The notes beneath the pieces were generated by a model. The model was not told the origin of the DNA. It saw only the letters and a list, made by a program, of their open reading frames with translations, and ran no database searches. From positions 7,254,001 through 7,318,000 of the forward strand of contig OZ024765.1 in the NCBI GenBank assembly GCA_964016885.1: a stretch of 64,000 bases of DNA, written 5' to 3'. The position numbers were made by a program, and so were the translations under genes. How positions within the stretch are numbered: the first letter of the stretch is position 1; every line of letters begins with the position of its first letter. The DNA comes from Eledone cirrhosa (lineage: Eukaryota). Shown here piece after piece: positions 12,322 to 25,268 of this stretch.

Positions 12322-12739
12322 CTGAAATATCAAATATGGAAGACATTTATAATAATAATTGTTTCTACTTTTGGCACAAGGCCAGCAATTAACCCCAGAG
12401 CATTACTGGTACTTTATTTTATCGACCCTGTAAGGATGAAAGGCAAAGTTAACCTCGGCAAGATTTGAACTCAGAACGTAAAAAAAAGGGCCGTAGCTAT
12501 GCTACAAAGCATGGCGTCTGACTGACCCTCTACCAATACTGCCAATAATGTTGGGAACGAACTTACGACGCCGAGGACAAACTCACGGTGGCGATGACAA
12601 CCTCATGACGCTGTTGACAAACTTATCACAATGCCAAGGATGAACTTACCTCGACAATGATGTTGAACTTATCATTGCCACTAATGACAACATCATAGGT
12701 AAACAAAACAAAATAACAAAAACAAAAAATAATATTCAC

Positions 12740-12812
12740 CATTGTTGATAGCAATACGTGTCAACAGAAATTCAATGTCATCAATTTCTTCATAAATTAC
12801 TTGATTTAATTG
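12740..12812 (-). CDS. RANBP2: RanBP2 exon 20 (QLNQVIYEEIDDIEFLLTRIAINN)
   Basis: ttccag / gtgaat, 73 nt; bridges phase 0 to phase 1. Confidence 0.78.
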
Positions 12813-13771
12813 CTGGAATAAATAGAAAAATTAACTAAATCACTTATTTCATTTTAGTCTCATTTGAAGTTAATCTCAAGAAATGTTATTTCAAAACGAG
12901 ACATAGCATTATCTGTTCCTTTGAAAATTAGAGTGAAGTGGTTTAACCCTTTAGTATTTAAACTGGCCATATCTGGCCAGAATTCTCTCACCTCTTTCTG
13001 TTCTAATCAGTGATAACTGGCCACTCATACTGATGTTAAGGTATTGTTCTCAAAATAAATAACATCAAAATCTCATAGATTCGATATCATGTGAGATAAT
13101 TATGTAAGATAAAGCATTTACCACAAAAATACAATAGTTTTTATAGAGTAATGTAAATGGTAGAAGGTTAAAGAAATGTTATTTCAATAAAAAAAAAAAA
13201 TGGACATTAAATGGTTATGATGATTATGAATGAAGTGATTTAACCCTTTAGCATCTAAACTGGCCATATCCGATCAAATTTTCTCACCTCTTTCTGTTCA
13301 AAACGTCCGTAACTGGCCACTCATACCAACGTTAAGGTAATGTTCTCAAAATAAATAACATCACAATCTCATAAATTTGATATTATGTGAGATAATTACG
13401 TAAGGTAAAGCCGTTACCACAAAAATACAATAGTATATAGAGAGTAATGTAAATTGTAAAGGGTTAAGAGAAATATTATAATACTAGACACAGCATTATC
13501 TAACGTTCTTTTGAAAATAGAGAAAAGTAATTTAAAGAAACATTTCAATTCAGGTCACATATCCGGGAGACAGAATAGAGGAATATATCGATGAACGAAT
13601 ATGTGAATGAACGAATATATGAATGAACGAATGTGTGAATGAAGGAAAGTTTATTGAATATGACCTAAACTTACAATCGTACAGGTAGACAAGGCTTAGC
13701 AGCGAGAGACAGACTGTGTGTTTCAGTGTGTGTGTATGCAGTGTATATGCATGTGTATATATGTGTGTATG

Positions 13772-13831
<60 letters not shown>

Positions 13832-14079
13832 TTCTTACAGATACATACATACATACATACACGCGCATATATATATATATATCTGTGTAAGTATATACAT
13901 ATGCACAGGATTTTAAGTTTCAAATAAAATTTGATATTTCCGTAAATTGTAAAGGGTTAAGAGAAATATTATAATACTAGACACAGCATTATCTAACGTT
14001 CTTTTGAAAATAGAGAAAAGTAATTTAAAGAAACATTTCAATTCAGGTCACATATCCGGACCATGGAACGAGAACTCAC

Positions 14080-14238
14080 GTGGGATTTGTTGCCTTTTAA
14101 GCGATCCAGCGTAATATAAAGAGCTTCTTTGGCTTTGGTCAAGAGGGCAATGTAACGGCTCTGGTCACTGTGAGGGGACACAGTACTGGTCTGATCAGTG
14201 ACACTGGGTTCATTTAATAAGGCTAGCTTGCGGTATAT
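14080..14238 (-). CDS. RANBP2: RanBP2 exon 19 (IYRKLALL...ITLDRLKGNKSH)
   Basis: ctacag / gtgagt, 159 nt. Confidence 0.85.
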
Positions 14239-14264
14239 CTGTAGAAAATGAAACAGGGAGTGGA

Positions 14265-15290
14265 GGTGAGAGAGAGTGTGGACGGGAGAGTGAGAGTGTG
14301 GACGGGAGAGTGAGAGTGTGGACGGGAGAGTGAGAGAGTGGACGGGAGAGAGAGAGAGTGGACGGGAGAGAGAGAGAGTGGACGGGAGAGTGAGAGTGTG
14401 GACGGGAGAGTGAGAGAGTGGACGGGAGTGAGAGAGTGTGGACGGGAGAGAGAGAGAGTAGACGAGAGAGAGAGAGAGTGGACGGGAGAATGAGAGAGTG
14501 GACGGGACAGTGAGAGAGTGGACGGGAGAGTGAGAGTGGACGGGAGAGTGAGAGTAGACGGAAGAGTGAGAGTAGACGGGAGAGAGAGAGAGTGGACGGG
14601 AGAGTGAGAGAGTGGACGGGAGAGTGAGAGAGAGAGTGGACGGGAGAGTGAGAGAGAGAGTGGACGGGAGAGTGAGAGAGAGAGTGGACGGGAGAGTGAG
14701 AGAGAGAGTGTGGACGGGAGAGTGAGAGAGAGAGTGTGGACGGGAGAGTGAGAGAGAGAGAGTGGACGGGAGAGTGAGAGAGAGAGAGTGGATGGGAGAG
14801 TGAGAGAGTGTGGACGGGAGAGTGAGAGAGTGGACGGGAGAGTGAGAGAGTGTGGACGGGAGAGTGAGAGAGTGGACGGGAGAGTGAGAGAGTGGACGGG
14901 AGAGTGAGAGTGGACGGGAGAGTGAGAGAGAGAGAGTGGACGGGAGAGTGAGAGAGTGGACGGGAGAGTGAGAGAGAGTGGACGGGAGAGTGAGAGAGAG
15001 AGAGTGGACGGGAGAGTGAGAGAGAGAGAGTGGACGGGAGAGTGAGAGAGAGAGAGTGGATGGGAGAGTGAGAGAGAGTGTGGACGGGAGAGTGAGAGAG
15101 AGAGAGTGTGGACGGGAGAGTGAGAGAGTGGACGGGAGAGTGGGAGAGTGAGAGAGAGAGAGAGAGAGAGTGGGAGAGTGAGAGAGAGAGAGTGGACGAG
15201 AGAGTGAGTGGACGGGAGAGTGGGAGAGTGAGAGAGTGGACGGAAGAGTGGGGGAGAGAGAGAGAGAGTGGACGAAAGAATGGACGAGAG
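14265..15290. repeat. GTGGACGGGAGAGT(GA)n minisatellite filling intron 18
   Basis: Tandem variable-length units. Confidence 0.92.
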
Positions 15291-15297
15291 TGCCTAC

Positions 15298-15499
15298 CTT
15301 TGCAGTGTGATACGATGCCCATGGGTTCGACAGGCACTCGAAGATCTTGACAGCTTCCTCGAGGTCACCCTGAGACATATAGCTAAGTGCCAAATGATAT
15401 TCACATTCTCCGACAAGGTCCTTGATACGGTCAGTGTCCAGCTCGTTGTCAGAATCATCAGGAAATAATCGAACTTTGGGCATTTTCAGGACCAAATTC
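15298..15499 (-). CDS. RANBP2: RanBP2 exon 18 (NLVLKMPKVRLF...PWASYHTAK)
   Basis: tgacag / gtaggc, 202 nt; TPR-like. Confidence 0.87.
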
Positions 15500-15604
15500 C
15501 TGTCAGAAAGAAACAAAAGTAGAAAGTTTTATAACGGACAAACCCGTAGCCTAATTGGTGTAAATATATTTTTTGGTAACTAAAAATTTTTTTCCATAGG
15601 ACTG

Positions 15605-15940
15605 TGTGGTGATGGTGGTGGTGGTGGTGGTGGTAGTTGTCATAGTGGTGGTGGTAGTAGTAGTAGTAGTTGTTGTAGTAGTGGCTGTGGTGGTGATGGT
15701 AGTAGTGGTGGCAGTGGTGGTAGTGGTTGTGGTAGTAGTAGTGGCTGTGGTTGAGATGGTAGTAGTGGCAGTGGTGGTGGTGGTAGTAGTGGCAGTGGTG
15801 GTAGTAGTGGCAGTGGTGGTAGTAGTGGTGGTGGTAGTAGTAGTGGTGGTAGTAATGGCTGTGGTGGTGGTAGTAGTGGTGGTGGTAGTGGCTGTAGTGG
15901 TGGTGGTAGTGGCTGTAGTGGTGGTGGTGGTGATGATGCC
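15605..15940. repeat. (GTG/GTA)n trinucleotide tract
   Basis: Directly visible. Confidence 0.9.
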
Positions 15941-15985
15941 TGCAGTGACTCTGATGATTTAGAATAACAAAAACAAATGTCTTAC

Positions 15986-16107
15986 TTCTGTAATCTTTGT
16001 AGCAGAGGTAAAGCTGCTTGCCAATAATAAGCAGCTCTTTCTTCAATATTTTCAACTTTATTTAAAGATCCATGACCATTTTCTATATCTACCTTTACCT
16101 GGGTGGC
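15986..16107 (-). CDS. RANBP2: RanBP2 exon 17 (ATQVKV...EERAAYYWQAALPLLQRLQ)
   Basis: taacag / gtaaga, 122 nt; YW...LPLL motif. Confidence 0.85.
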
Positions 16108-16780
16108 CTGTTAGGGAACAATAACAAAGCAATGAGTTTTAAACACTTGAATTGTTTTCAACACGCTCACGCGTATATGTGTGTATGTGCATATGCATAC
16201 ATTTATATGTGTGTGACAGCTCACACCTATGCAGGTTTAGCTGGCCTCCTCCAAGGTATATCTCGTTGGAGGTGTCTTGGGTGATTTAATGATAGGGACC
16301 CCAGTCCCTATCATCTCATTTCTACAGCTGAGTAAACTGGAGCAACGTGAAATAAAGTGTCTTGCCCAAGGAAACAACACATCACCCGGTCTGAGAATTG
16401 AACTCACAACCTTTCGATTGCAAGCTCAATGCTCTAACCACTAGGCCATGCGCCTTCACGCATATATAAAATATACGCAGCAGTCAACGGGTTAATTGAA
16501 ATACAAGGTTCCTATGTAAATTAAAGTCTTCCAAAGAACCATATATTAAGTTACTATTTTAATAATTGTTTCTACTTTTGGCACAAGGCCAGCAATTACC
16601 CAGTGCATTACTGGTACTTTATTTTATCGACCTCGTCAGGATGAAATGCAAAGTTAACCTCGGCGGGATTTGAACTCAGATCGTACAGGGACGTAACTAT
16701 GCTGGAAAGCATGTCCGACCCTCTACCGATACTGCCAATAATGAAATAATTTTAGAAAATCCATCCAAACCTTCCTTTAA

Positions 16781-16965
16781 CCCTTTAGCATTTACATTAC
16801 TCTATATTAACTATTGTATTTTCACAGTAAAGGCAGATGCAAGATTTTGACATTTATTTTGAGAACAATACCTTAACATAAATATAAGCAGCCAATTATG
16901 GCTGGTTTGAACAGAAAGCGGTAAGAGAATTCTAGCCAAATATGGCCGGTTTAAATGGTAAAGGG
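16781..16965. mobile_element. piggyBac-like MITE, representative copy
   Basis: TTAA|CCCTTTAGCATTTA ... TAAATGGTAAAGGG|TTAA. Other copies at about 12947, 13244, 26980, 37446, 42869, 51445 and 52447. Confidence 0.8.
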
Positions 16966-17239
16966 TTAAGGGTTAATTAATTGAAAGAGAGTATATTTCT
17001 TTATATGGCCACGAAAAGGCTAAACAGTTCATAGGCTGACCAAGATACTCTCATGGAATGACCAAATGAGGTTTATTTTTCAACATAATCCCAAGAAAAA
17101 AACAATACAGTTATTGATAAGAAGAGTTGAAATTAATACATGCAAGATTTCACAGCTCTAGCGTCATTCCTTCATAGTCAGCCTACAAACTGACCCTCGT
17201 ATATAAAAAAAAGAGTTAAGAGTATTTCATTGATCTTAC

Positions 17240-17360
17240 CTTGTTCTGTAAGGTTCGTGCCACGTGGAGTATGAGAGAGGCTGACATACCATGGCCCTCA
17301 GTCAAACGAACAGAATCTAACCCTCTCATTAGAATCAGACGAAGCTTGGTGAAGTTCTCA
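17240..17360 (-). CDS. RANBP2: RanBP2 exon 16 (ENFTKLRLILMRGLDSVRL..HG...)
   Basis: tgccag / gtaaga, 121 nt. Confidence 0.87.
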
Positions 17361-17469
17361 CTGGCAACATAACACATAATATACATTAGACTGGGTGTTA
17401 CATGGATTGTCATGATTAGAATATGTGCGTGTGAGTGTGAATGTGTCTGTGTCTGTGTCTGTCAGTCAA

Positions 17470-18245
17470 TACCTGTAGAGAAGTTCAAGCATCTCGGGGG
17501 CCGTGTTCACGAATGATGGAAGGCAGGAGGGCTGAATTAAGTGCAAGAATTGCAGGAGCTGGTGCAGTAATGCGCCAGCTTCAGCATTCCGTAATCAAGG
17601 AGGTTAGTGTAAAAAGCCAAACTCGCTATCTTCAATTCGGTTTCCGTGCCAACCCTTACCTATGGTCGTGAAGCTGGTGGAGAAGTTGAAGAATCTTGGG
17701 GCCATGTTCACATATGATGGAAGGCAGGAGGCCTGAATTAAGTGCAAGAATTGCAAAAGCTCGTGCAGTAATGCGCCAGCTTTAGTATTCAGTAATCAGA
17801 AGACGGGAGGTAGGCATAAAAGCCAAACTCGCTGTCAAATTCGGTTTTCGTGACAACCTTTATCTATGGTCATGAATTGTGGCTAATGACTGAAAGAATA
17901 CGATTGCGAATACAAGCGGCTAAAATGGGGTTCCTCCAAAGTGTCTTCGGAGTAATGTTACTCGGTAGAGGATATAGCTCAGAGATCAGAGAGTTATTCC
18001 AAGTAGAGCTGCTACTTCTCCAAATTGAGAGATCACAACTCCGATACTATGGGCATGTGGTTAAAATGTCTTTTACGGGCAAAACCAACCACTAGGCGAC
18101 TCAGGGATAGACCCCGAAGAAGATGGTTGGATAGCATCCATGAGCTTGGCTGGTCTCGCTTGAGGATCCTGCCAAATCAATTGGAGATGGTTGCTGGAAG
18201 GAGTGTTTGAGGACTGCCTCCACGACCCCCTGAGGAATCAGTGGC
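17470..18245 (+). mobile_element. Decayed RTE LINE fragments, partly duplicated
   Basis: YGHELW.MTERIR.RIQAA.MGFL..V.G...IERSQLR.YGHV; related copies at about 41750-42060 and 62640-63052. Confidence 0.8.
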
Positions 18246-18360
18246 AAAGAAGTCAGACAGACAGAGTCAGACAAAAAGACACACACGCACAAACAGAAAA
18301 AAATGGTAGCTGTACAGCAAACTACTTCACAATAATACAGGGTAATCTCGATATACTCAC

Positions 18361-18527
18361 AGTTCAAGTTTTTCCCTGAATTTACAGGCTAGCTGCCACC
18401 ACTCCACCTGTTCCGGTGTACAGAACTGTCGACATAACACCTTCGGTAAGAGATGGGGTCGTGATGGTTCATGTCGCACCTGTTGCAGCAATCGACCAGC
18501 AGAATAGACTGCAGCTATAAGGAACAC
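18361..18527 (-). CDS. RANBP2: RanBP2 exon 15 (VFLIAAVYS...LLPKVLCRQFCTPEQVEWW...)
   Basis: ctacag / gtgagt, 167 nt; conserved LP...C.Q.CT..Q..WW motif. Confidence 0.88.
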
Positions 18528-18631
18528 CTGTAGGGAAACAACAGTGAAGATAGAAAATAAAAAAAAAACTCATAAGAGATTGTGGAGAATATGGCAAGTA
18601 GGAGAGTGAGGATGACAGACAATAAATAAGA

Positions 18632-18955
18632 GAGGATGACAGGTTGTGGAGGGTAGGGAAATGATGAGAGAGGGGATGACAGGTTGTGGAGGGTAGAGAA
18701 ATGATGAGAGAGGGGATGACAGGTTGTGGAGGGTAGGGAAATGATGGGAGAGGGGATGACAGGTTGTGGAGGGTAGGGAAATGATGAGAGAGGGGATGAC
18801 AGGTTGTGGAGGGTAGAGAAATGATGGGAGAGGGGATGACAGGTTGTGGAGGGTAGGGAAATGATGAGAGAGGGGATGACAGGTTGTGGAGGGTAGGGAA
18901 ATGATGAGAGAGGGGATAACAGGTTGTGGAGGGTAGGGAAATGATGAGAGAGGGT
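18632..18955. repeat. 40-bp minisatellite, about 8 copies
   Basis: Unit aggggatgacaggttgtggagggtagggaaatgatgagag. Confidence 0.9.
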
Positions 18956-19536
18956 GACACAGACAATAGGTTGTGGAGAATGGAAATGTAGGCAAAAGGG
19001 GGAGATAGTCAATTAAACTGAACCCAGTGACAGATACATTATTTTTTTTTTTTTTATTGACCTCAAAAGGACAAAAGGCTGAAGTTAAGAAAATATTTTT
19101 TTTTTAAATAAATAAATGGTTTCTGATTTAGCCACAAGACCTACAATTTTTGGGAGGAGGGGAAAGTCGATTAAATCAACCCTGGTACATTACTGGTACT
19201 TTATTTTATTGAGGCTTAACCATGGCAAGATTTGACCTCAGAACGTAAAGGGATGCAACTATATGCTACAAAGCATGGTGTTCAACACTCGACAACAAAA
19301 ATAATAATTTTCATCGAGCTTATGACAGGGAGGAATGAAAATGATCATGATTTCTAATTTAAGCAAGAAGCCAATAATTTGGGAAGGAAGAAAGACGATT
19401 AAATCAACCCCAATGCATTACTGGTACTTTATATCATCGATCTTGGTAGGATGAAAAGGCTAAGATGACAAAAAAAAAAAATGTTTAAAAGACTTAATAA
19501 AAACACACAGAGACCAAGTGAAAGGGCCTCCCTTAC

Positions 19537-19634
19537 CTCAGTGTCAAGTTGGCTGAGCGACTCAACACCCAGGCTGGAGCTACTCGACAGGGAACTCGTA
19601 GAGTAGGGCAGATTATCAAACAGTGAAAAGTTGT
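19537..19634 (-). CDS. RANBP2: RanBP2 exon 14 (NFSLFDNLPYS...ESLSQLDTE)
   Basis: tttcag / gtaagg, 98 nt. Confidence 0.85.
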
Positions 19635-19939
19635 CTGAAATAAAATTCAACACATCATTAATTTGGGGTGGTTTTCTGCTAGCATGTGTAGTGTGCATAT
19701 TGATATTATTAGCAAATATAGATGCATGTAGATACGATACATCAAATAAAATCGTAATTGAGGATATGTACAGAAATTGAAGAGAGACTGTGTTACACTC
19801 TCTTCTGTAATCAGTAAAGTAATTCATGATATTTTTTTAAAAAGACAATATTATATAGAAAATGCATTACAGTGAAATGTAATGAAAATAAAAAACGGAG
19901 AAAATTAGTGATGGAAATATAAATGTTATGATGCAAATA

Positions 19940-20810
19940 CAGGGTGTGGACGATATTTGTTCGCAATTTTCAACTGCTACTTTTATGCAAATTTTTTTTA
20001 CTTCCGTTGTCACTCTTGTCTTCATAAAATCAGTGACTATATTTCCATTATTTATTTTTAGAATAATTGATTATGAATAATTTTGAACCTCCAAATTTGT
20101 AGAAGAGACACAACAGAGTTCTTCTTGGAATCCGCGCCGGGAAGACAAATAAGGACCAGAAGATCAACTCCCAGAACAACAGGTGGCTCGCTGTCTCATC
20201 CAAAGAGTGCCCAGAGTCATGCAGACAAAGTTTCCAGCGACAACGTTGGTCTTAGGTGTCGTCAGCAGTCAAGGTGACGTCATGCCACCTCACTTCTTCC
20301 CCGAGGGCCTCAAGCTGAACACCGATGGCTACATCCGCGTTCTGAGCGAGGTAGTAAAGCCCTGGATCGACTAGGTAGCTGCAGGTAGGCCGTACGTGTG
20401 GCAGCAAGACTCAGAGCCCTGCCATACCAGCCGAAAGACCCAAGCCTGGCTGTCAGAGAACTTTGTCGACCACACTTCACCTGACTGCAACCCCTTCGAC
20501 TTCTTTGTGTGGGGTGCAGCGGAACGAGACACCAACAGATCTAGCTGCAATACGAAAGACGATCTGAAGGCCAGGATCACAAGTGCCTTTAGGGGCCTAA
20601 GTCAGGAGACAGTGACGAAGGCCTGTAGCCGGTTCCGAGGCCGCCTTGAGGCCGTCATCAAAGCCAATGGCGGGTTTATTGAGTGAGATCGAAAGAACAA
20701 GTCATGAAGACAAACTGATCCAAGTTTGATAAATATATCTTAAAAAATAAAACTACTGTCTTATTTTTTCCTAGACAGTAATCTTGTGAACAAATATCGT
20801 CCGCACCCTG
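19940..20810 (+). mobile_element. Internally deleted Tc1/mariner element, maT (DD37D)-like
   Basis: TA TSD; 27-bp TIRs CAGGGTGYGGACGATATTTGTTCRCAA. Transposase remnant reads WQQDS.PCH...DCNPFDFFVWG...IKANGGFIE with an internal stop. Confidence 0.88.
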
Positions 20811-20902
20811 TATATGAAGGTTTATATAAGCGATGTGATATAGAGCGAGAGGAAGAGAGGAAGAGTCAGAGAAAGAGAGAGATAGAGAGAATAAATACTT
20901 AC

Positions 20903-20995
20903 AATTAGGTTGAGCTTCATCTTTAGTTGGATTGTAATAATGGAGACATAGCCAGATGATGGTGTTGAGGTCTGTGGTGTTAAGTAGGACAGACA
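20903..20995 (-). CDS. RANBP2: RanBP2 exon 13 (SVLLNTTDLNTIIWLCLHYY...)
   Basis: ctccag / gtaagt, 93 nt. Confidence 0.85.
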
Positions 20996-21079
20996 CTGGA
21001 GAGGAGAGAGATTTATAATGTAACATCAGGTGGAATGGGGATTAGGGGGACATTATATGTATGTGTATATATATACATA

Positions 21080-21742
21080 TAGTTATATCCACTTGTATGG
21101 TAATTACATCTAGTTATATCCAGTTAGATGCAATTATGTCTAGTGATATGGTAGTTATATCCTATTATATCCCATTAGATACAACTATATCTGAGTATAC
21201 GGAAGTTATATCCCAATATATCCAGTTATATCTAGTTACATCCTTTTTTTTTTGTGGTTTTATCCGGTTATATCTGTTTACATCCAGTTCTAGCCAGTTA
21301 CAGCTTGTTATTTCTAGTTACATCCACCTATATCTAGTTATATAGTGGTTATATCCAGTTATAGCTAATCATATCCTGTTATAGTTAGTTATAAGGTAGT
21401 TATATCCAGTTACATACAGCTATATCTCGTTATATGGTAGTTATATCCGATATAGCCAGTTACAGCTGGTTATCTCTAGTTACATCCAACTATATCCAGT
21501 TATATGGCAGTTATATCTAGTTATTGCTGGTTACAACTAGTTACATCGAGCTACATCTGGTTACATCGAGCTACATCTAGTTCCATCTAGTTATATCTGG
21601 CTATATCCAGCTATATGGTAGTTATATCCAGTTAAAGCTAATGAGAGCTGGCTATATCCAGTTACATCCGGTTACATCTAGTTATATCCAATTATAATAA
21701 ATTATAGCTAGTCATATCCAGTTATAGCTAATTATAGCTGGT
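21080..21742. repeat. Degenerate short-period satellite (atatccagtt / tagtt)
   Basis: Diverged tandem units. Confidence 0.8.
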
Positions 21743-21843
21743 TGTATATAACACACCACACACACACACACATATACAACACAACACAACACAACACACA
21801 CACACAAGCAGACAGTGAAATGGCAGCATGGAGCCAAGCTTAC

Positions 21844-22068
21844 CCTGGTCATACTCCTTGAGGTCAGACTTTGTCGGTATAGTAGAACTGATGTTGTTGA
21901 AGGCATTCTCGGAGAGGAGGAAAGACTTGCCCCTGCCCCGTCGCATGTCACGGAAGGTGAACACCATATCGTACAGCTGCTCCTTGCACTGGGGGGTGCA
22001 GCAACGCACTGTGATGTCATAGATCCAGTTGCTTGAGTGTTTCTTTACAACATCGCACAGTACATGAC
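21844..22068 (-). CDS. RANBP2: RanBP2 exon 12 (GHVLCDVVKKHS...DLKEYDQ)
   Basis: tttctag / gtaagc, 225 nt. Confidence 0.87.
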
Positions 22069-23193
22069 CTAGAAAAAGACAAGACAAGGATAGAGACAAC
22101 AGAAGATGGAATAAGTAATACAAAAATACGAGCTAACCCCGTATATCTATATTACTCAAGACAATAAAATAATAGCTAATTGTAATATCTATACATAATA
22201 TAAACCTAGTCGGTAGGCCACACTTAACCAAATATACACCCCAACCCACTACCCCTACTCCATCCTCCCACCCCCGTCAACACCACCCTTTCTGTAAAGT
22301 TATGTCGGTACCACAAAACATCCAGTCCAAACTAAAAAGGTCATGTGGGAGACACGGTAAAAAGGCTCTCAGACCACACTGTAAATCTGGTTGGTGTAAG
22401 GAAGGGCATCCAACCGTAGAAAACCTACCAGATACAGTCGTATACGAGCGAGACATGGTCACCCGATCAATCTTGCCTCAAGTGGGACATCATCATCATC
22501 ATTATCATCGTTTAATGTCCATCTTCCACGCTAGCATGGGTTTGGAAGGGAATTTTCCCACTTGAGGCAAAATTCCCGTCTAAACCCATGCTAGCGTGGA
22601 AGCTGGATGTTAAACGATGATGATGATACATAATATTAAAAAAAGAGATGTTTGTTTGTTGGTTGGTTCCTTCGCGCTCACAAGTGATACAAACATACAA
22701 ACACACAATGTGTGTAGCAAAATCCCTACACATATACACACACACACACACACAGCTGTTACGAATCTTAGAACACTTGACTTCTATAGTTTCTCACCCC
22801 TCCTTCCTCAGTCATCACATAGATGTGTGTGTATGTAATAATTATTTTTCTAAGTGTGCCTGTTTATATATATATATATGTATGTGTAGATGTATACATG
22901 TTTGTAATTCTATTGTCTGTGTTATCTTTCTAAATAAACACACACAAACACATATACACTCACATAGATATATATATATAAATATAATTTACACAAACAC
23001 ACAATCATAACAGCCAATGTGTGTAGCCAATTTGCTATACACACACAGATGTAGCGAATATTGGATGCTGCTACCCCTTACTTCCTCATCATCATCATCA
23101 TCATCATCAGGTTTAGCGTCCGTGTTCCACGCTTGCATGGGTTTGGACGGGGGTTTTCCCACTTGAGGCAGGAGTGGTTGTCTTGCTCGCATA

Positions 23194-23640
23194 GGACTGT
23201 CTGGCGGGTTTTCTACAGCTGGATGCCCTTCCTAACACCAACCACATTTACAGTGTGGGGCTGGGAGGTTTTTACCGTGTTGCCTACACGGCCACATTAC
23301 AGCGTGGACTGTCTGGCGGGTTTTCTACAGCTGGATGCCCTTCCTAACACCAACCACATTTACAGTGTGGGGCTGGGAGGTTTTTACCGTGTTGCTTACA
23401 CGGCCACATTACAGCGTGGACTGTCTGGCGGGTTTTCTACAGCTGGATGCCCTTCCTAACAGCAACCACGTTTACAGTGTGGGGTTGGGAGGTTTTTACC
23501 GTGTTGCCTACACGGCCACATTACAGCGTGGACTGTCTGGCGGGTTTTCTACAGCTGGATGCCCTTCCTAACACCAACCACATTTACAGTGTGGGGCTGG
23601 GAGGTTTTTACCGTGTTGCCTACACGGCCACATTACAGCA
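23194..23640. repeat. 112-bp tandem repeat x4 inside a SINE-like element; inverted near-identical copy at 42380..42830
   Basis: ggactgtctggcggg at 23194, 23306, 23418 and 23530. Confidence 0.9.
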
Positions 23641-23704
23641 CGTAATCACCCCTTCCTACACTACTACAACCACCACCACGAACTACATACAGACTTTTAC
23701 TCAC

Positions 23705-23876
23705 CAACTTGTGACAATCGGTAACAGCCCATTTTATGAAGGTACTTCACAAAAAGTCTGTTTGTCACATCCCCCTGTAGATACAAGTCAGAATGTTTCT
23801 CGATAGGACGGTAGCCCACACTGGCCAGAAAACACAGGGTTGCAGCTCCTTCAATTTCTTTCCAAGATGTTTGACC
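23705..23876 (-). CDS. RANBP2: RanBP2 exon 11 (GQTSWKEIEGAATLCFL...CYRLSQV)
   Basis: tgtcag / gtgagt, 172 nt; RLSQ.GH motif continues into exon 12. Confidence 0.88.
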
Positions 23877-23990
23877 CTGACAAAAGAAAAAAACAAAAAG
23901 GTTTTTGTAATTTGCATGAAGCATTGTGTGTGTGTGTGTATGTATGTATATATATATACACACTATCTTCTGATGAAGGACTATGTGTGT

Positions 23991-24042
<52 letters not shown>

Positions 24043-24162
24043 TATGTATGTATGTATGTATATATACATATATATACACTATCTTCTGATGAAGGACTAT
24101 GTGTGTGTATGTATGTATATATATATACACTATCTTCTGATGAAGGACTATGTGTGTGTATG

Positions 24163-24197
<35 letters not shown>

Positions 24198-24231
24198 TAT
24201 CTTCTGATGAAGGACTATGTGTGTGTATGTG

Positions 24232-24264
<33 letters not shown>

Positions 24265-25232
24265 TATCTTCTGATGAAGGACTATGTGTGTGTATGTATA
24301 TATACACTATCTTCTGATGAAGAACTAGTGTCCGAAACATTAAGACTCTTTCTGCTATTTCAAGCGTTAAACTAATATATTTTTTTCCATGTACTGTGAC
24401 ATTTGTTTTGTTATTACTTTTACACACACATCTATGTGTGTGTGTGTGTGTGCGCGCGTGTATGTATGTATGTATGTCAGGTCACCAGTTGGTGCTACTG
24501 GTAACATGTATCCCAGTACAACCTGTCTCATGGTCGGGTCGTTGGCGACTAAACTGGCAACCCCACCAAGGTTTCTTGGTGAGGAGGGTGACTTTGGACA
24601 TCCTGCAGGACTAAAAACAAAACCTGTCAAAGGGCAAAGGAGCTCTTAAGAGTCAATGGCCATCCAAAATCACCAGGAGAGATGACCCCTTAGCCTTTGT
24701 CAAGGCAGAATTCTAGGAGAAGGAACACTCTGATATAACACCTGCAACCCTGATGGTATCCAATGATGTTGACTTGTTCTTCTTTTTGGTAAATATCATC
24801 TTGGTTAAGAGAGTGGGACTGGCTTTGTGCAGTGCCTTTGCTCACTATAAAAGCTTCACGGCACAGGCATTGCTTTATATCTGGAGATCTCTCTGCACTT
24901 GTCGTCACATGGTACCAAGGGCCCAGCACTGTGTCAGTAATTGTCACAAGTGTAGTGTTTGTACCAGAGTTTTCAAGTCACTGGCTGGACTAAAAAGTCA
25001 CACTCGTTCAGCGCTTCGGTAGGGGTTCTCCTACATGGATATAAAGTAGTGGCTGTACTCGAAAACGAGTTGGCAGCCACCATGCATGCATTTTTGGGGC
25101 ATTTTAAGCGTGGTGGAGCCCATCCCTCTTCAGGCCTGAATACAGCAGATTTCTTCCAGAGAAAGATAGAAAATGAGAGAGAGGAAATGAGAAAGAGATA
25201 TAGAGGAAGAACCGACTCCAGTACTAGACTGG

Positions 25233-25268
<36 letters not shown>

